Below are positions 56,318 to 64,000 of a stretch of 64,000 nt of DNA, piece by piece. Position numbers and translations under genes: made by a program. Under the pieces are notes generated by a model. That model was not told the origin of the DNA and did no database searches. It saw nothing but the letters and a program-made list of their open reading frames with translations. Numbering within the stretch: the stretch's first letter is position 1; every line of letters begins with the position of its first letter. This DNA comes from Bacillota bacterium (GTDB lineage: Bacteria > Bacillota > Sulfobacillia > DUSP01 > DYEP01), in the NCBI GenBank assembly GCA_040755615.1, contig JBFMAL010000009.1, forward strand, positions 3,155-67,154. The letters are read 5' to 3'.

Positions 56318-58699
56318 TTATTGCATCCCGCGCGCGAGTACTTCCACAGGTTTTTCTGTGAGGTACGTCTGGGAGACGGTGAACGTCTCGCCTTCTATCC
56401 GGTATCTTACTCGCACCGTGCACGCAGCACGCACCACGTAACTACCCGGGCGCTCCCATTCTACCGTAAACTGCTCGCCGGGGTCAAAGGAAACCGTTAC
56501 GTCTTCCGCATCCGGAGGCCTGCTCACGTGTGCGAGTACCCGGTAGCGCGCAGCTGTTGCGGTTACCCATTGCGCCGGTCCCTCGATCTCCATCTTGACA
56601 GAGGGTTCGCTTGCTGTCCGTGCGGTGAAACGCTTGACTTCGCCGGCGGTAGCAGATACCTCCCACGTGTACCGCTTCAAGACCTTGTCCTTGTTAGACA
56701 CCGATACGGCCGTGACCCTGTACTCGCCCGGGTTATTGTATACATGTTCGACGGACATGGTGGTCTCGCCTTCACCTTCCCGGACATACGTCTTCCCGTC
56801 GCCAAAATCCCACTCCCACCTCACGTGGTAGGTACGGTCCTCTTTCTTCAGGGTGGTCAACTTGGTGACCCGTTTCACCTGTACGTGCGGGATATGAGCG
56901 CTCTCATGCACCGTTGCCGGAGGTGCCTTCTCCGGTTCATCCAGCGTGTAACCTGCGCTCACAGTGAAGCTGTGCCCCCCTTTGCCCAGAAAACTCGATA
57001 CGCTGTGGCGATCCAACTGGCCGGAGACCGCCCGCACGCCTACGTGCAGGCGTGACACATCAGGACCAGGACTGATCACCAGCCTGCCGCTGTGGCTCAC
57101 CCCTGAGACCCTGACCTCCATGTCCTGGTATTCGGTCTCTCCCCTCAGGGTCTCCCGCACTACCCACACGTCAAAGCTCACCGGGTCGTTTCTTCTTGAA
57201 GACACGCGCGCAGAAAACTCAACGTAGAGGTTTTTGTCTTCGCCCTTTGCAGGGATAAAGCTGCAATATGTGGGGGAAAGGTACCCCGCCTTACCTTGAA
57301 ACCTTGCCTTCTGGTCAAACGGCCACCCCCAAGGGTCGATTTGCAGGCGCGGTGCAGAGGCCCACGGCTTTTGCACCGCCTTTAGTATTTCAGAGACACC
57401 TCGTTGTGAACGGAACAGCGAGAAATGGGAGGTGGAGGTAAGACCAGAGACCGCCACGAACGAGTCATCCCTGAACAGCGGCAGAAACGCCGAGGAGAGC
57501 TCAACTACCAGGTCGCCTGGTCCGACAGCTGGGCTGAGCGCTGAGACCGGGCTCGGCGTGATTCCAGTGATGCACGCGTACCGGACACGGCGCTCTGCGC
57601 GGGATTCGGCGTCCGTCTCGTTCAAAACTGATACAAGGTAATTCGCCACTAAGCGCAATGGCCGTACATCTGACGGCAATTCGAACCACTCGCGCACCAT
57701 CCGGTCTACGCCTACCCCGGCGAAGCTGAACCCCATCTTCTGCTCGGCTCGTTCCAGCGCCCAGCGACCCAATACAGTTCGTGCTCGAAGGGCCGCCTGC
57801 TCCAGCAGGTAACTGCCGGCGCGTTTCAGGTAGGCTAAAATTAGAGACTTCACGTCAAACGCCTCAGGGATTTCTCCAAACACGTAGGTAAACAGATCCC
57901 TTTCCTCGAGCCGTGCCCTAATATAGTTGTTCCGGCCGGCGTGCATCGCGAGGAATTCGTAGTATGCGGAGGTGAGATCCTGCCCCTCTGCCGGGCTTTC
58001 TTTTGGAAGATGCCCACCGGACCAGCGGAGCACCGGCTGCTGGGCATCAATGAAATGTGCGTGGAAGTGCTCGCTCCTGTTAGTAACGATCCAGTGCTCG
58101 AACGTGGGGGCCCGGTTCCCCGACGGCTTCATCTCGTTTTCAAAGATGTAATCCCAGTACAGCGCCTCGTATACCGCCGCCCGGCTCCAAATGTGGTTCT
58201 CTGCGTCAAACGCAGCAACAACGCGCGGCTGCCTTGCCCCGAACCGTAGCTCCTCCTGAGTCAGCACTACATCTGCTAGCTTCAAAAAATGCGAGAGGTA
58301 CGAGCCCGCGTTGGGCGGCGACACCATAACCAGGCTATCTATTCGCTCGTCAAGCCCAGGCTGGTTCAGGTAGTATCTGGCGGCCAGCGCCGCGGACCCC
58401 ATCGCAACAATGGAGATCTCGTCCGCATCCAGCCGCTCCAGGTATTCCCCGAGCCGTCCGGCAAGTACCACGAAATCCTCTTCACCTCCGGTATCCACTA
58501 CGAACAGGTTCACGCCCTCGGTGTAGCCGTGGTGGCCCAGTTGCTCAATAAGGGGGGACGGCTCCTGAAGGGCGTCCGGGACGATGAGAAGCGCGGGTGA
58601 GGGTTCAATGCTGACAGTGCCCGCAACAGACGGCAGGAGCGCGTACGCGCCAAGGAGCAGTGTGGCAAGCGCCGCCTTCACCCACCTCATTTCCTCCAC
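56318..58699 (-). CDS. secreted multidomain protein: N-terminal alpha/beta-hydrolase-like domain + C-terminal PKD-like domain
   Basis: Signal peptide (MEEMRWVKAALATLLLGAYALLPSVAG), AMGSAA nucleophile-elbow-like motif, WEWDFGDGKTY...YNNPGEYRVT PKD signature. Confidence 0.5.
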   Translation of the reverse strand: MEEMRWVKAALATLLLGAYALLPSVAGTVSIEPSPALLIVPDALQEPSPLIEQLGHHGYTEGVNLFVVDTGGEEDFVVLAGRLGEYLERLDADEISIVAMGSAALAARYYLNQPGLDERIDSLVMVSPPNAGSYLSHFLKLADVVLTQEELRFGARQPRVVAAFDAENHIWSRAAVYEALYWDYIFENEMKPSGNRAPTFEHWIVTNRSEHFHAHFIDAQQPVLRWSGGHLPKESPAEGQDLTSAYYEFLAMHAGRNNYIRARLEERDLFTYVFGEIPEAFDVKSLILAYLKRAGSYLLEQAALRARTVLGRWALERAEQKMGFSFAGVGVDRMVREWFELPSDVRPLRLVANYLVSVLNETDAESRAERRVRYACITGITPSPVSALSPAVGPGDLVVELSSAFLPLFRDDSFVAVSGLTSTSHFSLFRSQRGVSEILKAVQKPWASAPRLQIDPWGWPFDQKARFQGKAGYLSPTYCSFIPAKGEDKNLYVEFSARVSSRRNDPVSFDVWVVRETLRGETEYQDMEVRVSGVSHSGRLVISPGPDVSRLHVGVRAVSGQLDRHSVSSFLGKGGHSFTVSAGYTLDEPEKAPPATVHESAHIPHVQVKRVTKLTTLKKEDRTYHVRWEWDFGDGKTYVREGEGETTMSVEHVYNNPGEYRVTAVSVSNKDKVLKRYTWEVSATAGEVKRFTARTASEPSVKMEIEGPAQWVTATAARYRVLAHVSRPPDAEDVTVSFDPGEQFTVEWERPGSYVVRAACTVRVRYRIEGETFTVSQTYLTEKPVEVLARGMQ

Positions 58700-59157
58700 C
58701 CCCTGTTAGCTATCTCCACAGAAAGTAGAGGCGCCCCCGCTCTCAGCATATCGAGTACGTCCTGGCCTTCCACATGTGCCCACGGAACGGTTGACACCGC
58801 GAATACCCAGAACGCGGACTCGCCCGGTCCAAGCAAGGCGCTCTGTCCAGCCAGGCTGACTTCAATCACCCCGCTCCTTGCAGGCTTGTGTATGACGAGG
58901 CCGAGCACAGGGTCTTCGTACGGGAAGCGGGCAATGCGGGTACTGTATGTACCCGCGCTAACACCCAGAGTCCTGCTTTCTCTAACCAGCAATACAGAGG
59001 CTCTTGCGTGACTTGGCTGGCTGTTTGTCACCGGAGGCTCCCTATAGAAGCTACTCGAGTCCGTGATAGCAACTTCCAGCAAGGGCGTGCCGCGGCCAAA
59101 GAACAACAGAGCCAATACAGCAAGGAGCACGGATACGACCAGTAACAGCCTTCTCAT
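58687..59157 (-). CDS. signal-anchored hypothetical protein
   Basis: N-terminal TM/signal (MRRLLLVVSVLLAVLALLFF). No other features. Confidence 0.3.
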   Translation of the reverse strand: MRRLLLVVSVLLAVLALLFFGRGTPLLEVAITDSSSFYREPPVTNSQPSHARASVLLVRESRTLGVSAGTYSTRIARFPYEDPVLGLVIHKPARSGVIEVSLAGQSALLGPGESAFWVFAVSTVPWAHVEGQDVLDMLRAGAPLLSVEIANRGWRK

Positions 59158-59382
59158 CAGATCTCCCCCGACTGTGCCGGTGAACCCAAGAAGGGCCCGG
59201 CACGTTTAGTTGCCGGACCCTTCAGGTAATCAATTCTGCAAGTGTTTCCAGATTCCTCCAGCCCCCTGGAGAAAATCTACTGGCTCGGATTACTCTTCAT
59301 ATCAGCCAGACGTAACCCCCATAAGTTCAGAAACACCCAAAAAGCGCTCCCATCATTGTTTCCTGGCACATTTCTCCATAAA

Positions 59383-60054
59383 TTATATCTCGATATACCC
59401 ATCGGGAGGCTGTTCTTTGAACGCATCCAGTTCCATGCCTTCCACGGCGCTCTTGATGTGAAGCGCCATGCTTTCACAGGCCTGTGCTGCGTCCTTCGTG
59501 GCGAGCGCGTCGATAATACGTGAGTGCTCCTTCATGGATGGGTTGACCTCCATCTGGTAGAACGGGTCAAATAGGATAAGGTAAATAGTGGTCTTGCTCA
59601 CGATATCAACGATGTACTGCTTGAGAACGAGGTTGCCGGAGGCTTCCGCGATCGCGTAATGAAACCTATCATTAATCTTGTAGTAGGCCTCAACGTCCCT
59701 CTGTTCGAATACCCTGGACTCCTCAGCCACGCACTGCCTGAGCTGTTCGAGCAGCTCGGGTGTTACAAAAGGCGCGGCTAAAGCGGCGGCATGCTTCTCC
59801 AGGATCTCGCGCACCTCAAATGCCCAGAGCACCTCTTCCTTGGTAGGCTTTATGACGAACGCCCCCCGGTGGGGGATGATCTCCACAAAGCCTTCGTACA
59901 CGAGCCTTCTTATGGCACCTCGGACTGGAGTGCGGCTCACACCGAGCTGCCGGGCGATGCTCTCCTCCACCAGCTGCCCCCTCGGCCTTATGTACCTCTT
60001 TATGATCGCCTTCTTCAGCCTGGCATAGACCAGGTCCTCCATGGTTTCGGACAA
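59383..60054 (-). CDS. GntR-family transcriptional regulator (FadR/FCD-type C-terminal domain)
   Basis: wHTH ESIARQLGVSRTPVRGAIRRLVYEGFVEI. Confidence 0.8.
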   Translation of the reverse strand: MSETMEDLVYARLKKAIIKRYIRPRGQLVEESIARQLGVSRTPVRGAIRRLVYEGFVEIIPHRGAFVIKPTKEEVLWAFEVREILEKHAAALAAPFVTPELLEQLRQCVAEESRVFEQRDVEAYYKINDRFHYAIAEASGNLVLKQYIVDIVSKTTIYLILFDPFYQMEVNPSMKEHSRIIDALATKDAAQACESMALHIKSAVEGMELDAFKEQPPDGYIEI

Positions 60055-60091
60055 CAGACAGCCTCTCCTTTTCTGAAGATATGCTCTTTTC

Positions 60092-61264
60092 TCAAATGTA
60101 CCGTACCGATTCCCTTAGATCAAACCCGCGCTTTCGCATCTCTTCTGCAAACCTTGGCCCGTCCACCGCGATCTCTACGGGCTTTGCACCTTTCGGCGTC
60201 TCACCGTGCGCCATCATGATGGCGACAATAGATGCGTGCCATCCGGTGGTGCGCTCCATAGCAGTGAAGTGTGTCTTCTCGTCGTAGAAGTCCATGAGGT
60301 CAAGCTGCACCTCAGCGCGCCTTCCGTCCTTTTCGCCAAGACACTTCACCCTGATAACCACCAGGTCCCTGTCCTCGGGCGTTGCCAGGATCTTGGGCTC
60401 CAGCAACGTATGTAATACCTGCCGGGGGGAGACCTTCACCCCCTGGACCTCTATGGGTTCCTCTTCCAAAAGCCCAAGATCAAGGAAGGCCTTCCACTGG
60501 GCATAATGGCCCTTGTAGCGCACGGTCTTATTCTGGTAGGTCTTGAGCTTGCCAAGAAACGTCCACGGCGCGGTGGAAGTGCCTCCGGCAGTGGTAAAGG
60601 CCTCGAGCCGCCCGACGGGAGGCGGGAAATCGATCTCCTCGTACTCCTCGAACGTGGGCACTTCGACCAGCTTGCCGTCTCTGATGAACGTCGTGGAACC
60701 GTAGTACTCATTGGTGAGTCCCGCAATGTTGAAGGTGAGGATATAGTTGAACGGGGGTCTCGGGTTGCTGTCAAGCCCTCCATCCCACAGGAATACCTCT
60801 TCAGGCTCGTCAAGAAGGCTCATCGCGTAGACGCACAGCGATGTACCCATGCCCGGCACCTGGCCACAGTCGGGCACGATGCTGATGCCCGCCCGCTCGG
60901 CCTGTTCGTCCAGCGCCAGCTCTCTTTTCACGATCTCAGTGTTCCCGCCTAGGTCGCACATGCTCGCCCGGGCCTGGACAGCCGCCTTTGCTATGTCTAA
61001 GTTGAAGTAATAGGGGACGGCGCTCAAGAACGCGTCAATGCCTGTGAGTGTAGAAACCAGCGCTTTTTCGTCAGTCACATCGACCTGCACCGCCCGGGCG
61101 ACGGACCTCCCTGCCAGTGCGTTTACCCTCTCCGCCGAGCGTCGTGCTGCATCCAGATCCTTGTCCGCGATGATGACCGCATCGGCATCTCCCCATACAG
61201 CCATGTCGTATGCCGCGGCAGTCCCCTGCCTTCCGGAGCCGACTACTCCGTACGTCTTACCCAT
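60092..61264 (-). CDS. saccharopine dehydrogenase-family NAD(P)-dependent oxidoreductase
   Basis: Rossmann VVGSGRQG N-terminus and Sacchrp_dh-like C-terminal domain. Confidence 0.65.
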   Translation of the reverse strand: MGKTYGVVGSGRQGTAAAYDMAVWGDADAVIIADKDLDAARRSAERVNALAGRSVARAVQVDVTDEKALVSTLTGIDAFLSAVPYYFNLDIAKAAVQARASMCDLGGNTEIVKRELALDEQAERAGISIVPDCGQVPGMGTSLCVYAMSLLDEPEEVFLWDGGLDSNPRPPFNYILTFNIAGLTNEYYGSTTFIRDGKLVEVPTFEEYEEIDFPPPVGRLEAFTTAGGTSTAPWTFLGKLKTYQNKTVRYKGHYAQWKAFLDLGLLEEEPIEVQGVKVSPRQVLHTLLEPKILATPEDRDLVVIRVKCLGEKDGRRAEVQLDLMDFYDEKTHFTAMERTTGWHASIVAIMMAHGETPKGAKPVEIAVDGPRFAEEMRKRGFDLRESVRYI

Positions 61265-62673
61265 GATGACGCCTGCCTTTCATACGTTTTTATGATCCGT
61301 TCCATCTCCTCCGGCAGCCCTTCTTCGAGTGGGGCCGCCCGGTGGCTCTGTCTAATGCTATCTGCAAACTCCTTCGCGTCGTCGCTTCCTGATTGTCTGT
61401 TTATCACCGAAGGCTGCCAAAGGCTTCTCATATGCTTTCTTGTGTGCTTTTGAGCGAGGAAGTGGCCGTGAGGGCCCACTCTGCAGATGACCTCAGCAGC
61501 TTCGGGGTCCGGCCCTACCCCTTGCACGTAACGTCTGACCATCTCGAAAATCTCGCAGTCGCGCACCAGCTGCTCAAAAGAAAACACCCTGGCGCCGTCG
61601 AGCAACCCTGCTCCGCACATCATGTCCGCTCCAGCCAAAGCGCTGGCCATTCCTGAGAGGGCATTTTCGGCCCCGCATCGCCAGCCCGCCGTCCTGGCCC
61701 CGGTGGCGAAAGTGCCTACATTCGACGGTATGCGGTAGAAACGCGCCATCTGGCACGCAGCCGACTGGAGCACGAAATCCTCCGGCCCCCCACACGTGGC
61801 AGCTCCCGTCATCAGATCCATCGTAGTGGCGCACGAGCCATAGAAAGTGGGTGTCCCCGGAGCAATGGCCTGCAGCGCGGTGATACCCGCCAGTATTTCG
61901 GCGTTACCGAGCACGAGGTTCCCATACAGCGTGGACGGAGCCGTAGCGCAGCCGATCTGCATGGTGACAAACCCAGTGGGTATGCCCGCCTCTGCGTACA
62001 CGAGAAGCGCGTCAAGAGCGTCATGAGCGTACGAAAGGGGGCTGGTGCTGCAAAGGAAACTGGATATCACCGGGTTCTGCCTGAGCCGGTCCGTACCCCC
62101 AGCCACTGCCCTGGCTATCTCGACGGACCCTCTGGCAGTCAACCCGGTGACAGCCGTCATCGCTTGTATGTGCTTGGTGGTGTTCTCAATCTGGGCGTAC
62201 AACTCCCAGAGTGGCTGCACGCTCTCCGGGCAATCGCGGGCCGCAACTACAGGCCACATAAAGGCGATCTGCGGGAGAGCGTCAGCCACACGAGTCGCCT
62301 CCCGGAGGTCGTCCAGTGTAGATGGCCGTACCGCCCCGGTCTCCGGATCCATCACCGAAAGCCCTGACCCGTCAAGCGTCAGGTAGCCTGTCCGCCCGTC
62401 GATGTGCAGCGCCTGCGTCCCATCCCGTGCCCCCAACGTATAGCGGGGAGGGCAGAGCGACAGCGCACGATTGAGTACGTCCTCTCCGATGAACACGCGG
62501 GTGCCTGACACACGCGCGCCGGCCAGAGAAAGTGCGGCAAGTACCTTTTCGTGCGGCATATTGACTCCAGCCCGGTCAAGCACTGAAAGGGTGTCTGCGT
62601 GAATCGCCCTTACCGTATCTGCCTCTAAAACATCAACGAAAAACCTGTAGTGGACGGCCTGTATCTGTGACAC
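61243..62673 (-). CDS. MttB-superfamily methyltransferase, non-pyrrolysine type (GTG start)
   Basis: MttB-like TIM-barrel sequence (IHADTLSVLDRAGV ...). No in-frame TAG. AGAGGAGG RBS 8 nt before GTG at 62673; the track ORF to 62772 overlaps the upstream gene. Confidence 0.7.
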   Translation of the reverse strand: MSQIQAVHYRFFVDVLEADTVRAIHADTLSVLDRAGVNMPHEKVLAALSLAGARVSGTRVFIGEDVLNRALSLCPPRYTLGARDGTQALHIDGRTGYLTLDGSGLSVMDPETGAVRPSTLDDLREATRVADALPQIAFMWPVVAARDCPESVQPLWELYAQIENTTKHIQAMTAVTGLTARGSVEIARAVAGGTDRLRQNPVISSFLCSTSPLSYAHDALDALLVYAEAGIPTGFVTMQIGCATAPSTLYGNLVLGNAEILAGITALQAIAPGTPTFYGSCATTMDLMTGAATCGGPEDFVLQSAACQMARFYRIPSNVGTFATGARTAGWRCGAENALSGMASALAGADMMCGAGLLDGARVFSFEQLVRDCEIFEMVRRYVQGVGPDPEAAEVICRVGPHGHFLAQKHTRKHMRSLWQPSVINRQSGSDDAKEFADSIRQSHRAAPLEEGLPEEMERIIKTYERQASSWVRRTE

Positions 62674-62708
62674 TTGCAGGACCTCCTCTTGTATACAATT
62701 ATTGTATT

Positions 62709-63815
62709 CTATAGTCGTGTACGGTTTTCCTGCTCCCACAGCTGCCGGATCGGATCTCTTTTCACCACCCACCTCCCCCCTGGAGTGAGCCCGAGTATTA
62801 CCGGCAGCTTTGTGCGGCGGCTGCTCCCACCCTTTTCAAACCTTACCAATACGTCGGCGGTTATGTTCACGCCCTCCTCCGTTTCTACCGGTTCGCCAAG
62901 CCCCAACACCCGGAGGTAGTCGACATTCGCCGTCAGCCAGTCAAGCGACGCGGACGTGCAAAGCAGCCTCAGCGTCCCGGTATCCTTTTCATTGATAAGA
63001 GCAAGGTACAATTCAGCCACCTCCCTCGGCCCCGCTCTCTCAAGCCTCAAAAGCAGCGTACCCGCTGCCTTGTCCACCATCGCCTGGTGCGCGATGTCAT
63101 GGAGCCTGCTGCCATGAGTAGTACTGCCGTCGAAGTGAATACAGAAGTGACCAGGGAAATCGTTCTTCATGATGTCCTGGTCACCGTGGGGCATGCCGTT
63201 CATGGACGCTGCGATCCGCCTGCCGTCTATGAGCAGTAAGATGGGGCGTCTTCGCCAGCTCCAGCCGCCGTAGATCTCAAAAAGCACTGCGGCGTCCGGG
63301 GCAGTTACGGGTTCGACGTCGGCGTGATACGAACCGCCATACCTCCTTACGGAAAACCGCTTTCCTGTCTGGAGGTCTACCACCTGCGCCACAGATTTCT
63401 TGGTAAACAAGCGCAGCGCGTCGCGCCATGAAACCGGCTCTCCAAAATATTCCTTTGAAATGGACATAACAAGCGCCCAGAGCGCGTCCCTGTCCGGAAG
63501 CAACCCGAAACAGTTCACCACTTGCCCACCAGCGCTGAACTGGACCTCCGACCTTGAGCCGTCAGACAGCCTGAGCGACACGGTATATTGCGCAGGACCC
63601 GGGGACTCCCGGGTTGCCTGCCACTGCGCAAGTACCCTGGGAAGAGAGAGGACAGTCTCCTCGGGGAGGGTCCGGTTGTACTCAAGGCCTGCAGCGTGAA
63701 TGCTGACGGTACAGCTTACGACCACAAGCCTCCTTTGCTTTCGGTGCAGGGACAGAAATACCCCGATGATGCATAAAGAGACGAGCCAGATGACGATGAC
63801 GTATTTTGTCTTCAA
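62709..63815 (-). CDS. membrane-anchored hypothetical protein, possible L,D-transpeptidase-like catalytic region
   Basis: N-terminal TM helix. MPHG...GHFCIHFDGS loosely resembles the YkuD His/Cys motif. Confidence 0.3.
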   Translation of the reverse strand: MKTKYVIVIWLVSLCIIGVFLSLHRKQRRLVVVSCTVSIHAAGLEYNRTLPEETVLSLPRVLAQWQATRESPGPAQYTVSLRLSDGSRSEVQFSAGGQVVNCFGLLPDRDALWALVMSISKEYFGEPVSWRDALRLFTKKSVAQVVDLQTGKRFSVRRYGGSYHADVEPVTAPDAAVLFEIYGGWSWRRRPILLLIDGRRIAASMNGMPHGDQDIMKNDFPGHFCIHFDGSTTHGSRLHDIAHQAMVDKAAGTLLLRLERAGPREVAELYLALINEKDTGTLRLLCTSASLDWLTANVDYLRVLGLGEPVETEEGVNITADVLVRFEKGGSSRRTKLPVILGLTPGGRWVVKRDPIRQLWEQENRTRL

Positions 63816-64000
63816 CGCGATCCCCCTGGCACACCTTATTGGTGGGCGTATGGTAATATGACCACCCGGGGAAAAGGTGAAAGAGGAGTAGGATGAACAT
63901 GGGTCGAAGATCAGGCGGGGAGGTTTTGGTCTTGCCTTATGCCATTATTGAAGTGGATAATACACGGGCGAAAATCACAGGAGACTACTCAAGGAGCATG

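Noticed and set aside
61243-62772. Possibility that the MttB homolog is a pyrrolysine-containing TMA methyltransferase
   Set aside because: The ORF is uninterrupted with no in-frame TAG, so it belongs to the non-Pyl MttB superfamily branch.

Overview
GC-rich (roughly 60%) bacterial chromosomal segment, almost entirely coding. Most genes have GGAGG-type Shine-Dalgarno sites and overlapping ATGA/GTGA stop-start junctions. The Gram-positive-type lgt, trxA and a Bacillus-like CsoR point to a Firmicutes-like anaerobe. No rRNA, tRNA, CRISPR array or transposase/integrase was seen. Gene content in order:

- (1) Plus-strand leuA(partial)-leuC-leuD-leuB-ilvE operon.
- (2) A long minus-strand block, starting with hsp20 and sucCD (succinyl-CoA synthetase).
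- (3) A soluble fumarate-reductase-like flavoprotein plus Fe-S subunit. These are followed directly by a FrhB-family Fe-S flavoprotein, MvhD, a giant ~1480-aa HdrA-like fusion (HdrL-type, with an embedded NfnB/GltD-like domain), hdrB, hdrC, and a second complete hdrA-hdrB-hdrC set.
- (4) Malic enzyme and class-I fumarase fumA/fumB.
- (5) metF-metV followed by NfnA/AsrB-like, AsrA/HydB-like and FrhB-like genes, then MvhD, a second giant HdrL paralog (1474 aa), an HdrC-like gene, an MvhD-like gene and two partial HdrA-like genes, with no HdrB. These run straight into a complete carbonyl-branch Wood-Ljungdahl operon: acsE-acsD-cooC-RACo(acsV)-acsC-acsB-cooS(acsA), preceded by a DUF3786 gene.
- (6) An AT-rich regulatory island with a perfect 8-1-8 palindrome and a leader ending in a terminator.
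- (7) OsmC-like gene, ornithine-type aminotransferase, cation/H+ antiporter with an adjacent P-II-like gene, FmdE-like gene, ECF S-component-like gene, a 62-aa CooT-like Ni-binding protein, lgt, and trxA-csoR with a candidate CsoR operator.
- (8) Hypothetical/membrane/secreted proteins, a GntR regulator, a saccharopine-dehydrogenase-like gene and a non-pyrrolysine MttB-family methyltransferase.

The most interesting part is the pair of elaborate Hdr/Mvh/Nfn-like flavin-based electron-bifurcation modules. One is physically coupled to fumarate reductase, the other to MetFV and the CODH/ACS operon. The second appears to be an undescribed variant of the acetogen MetFV-HdrABC-MvhD complex in which HdrB is absent and NADP(H)-linked Nfn-like modules are present. 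All calls are from reading translated ORFs and motifs by eye. No database search was run.
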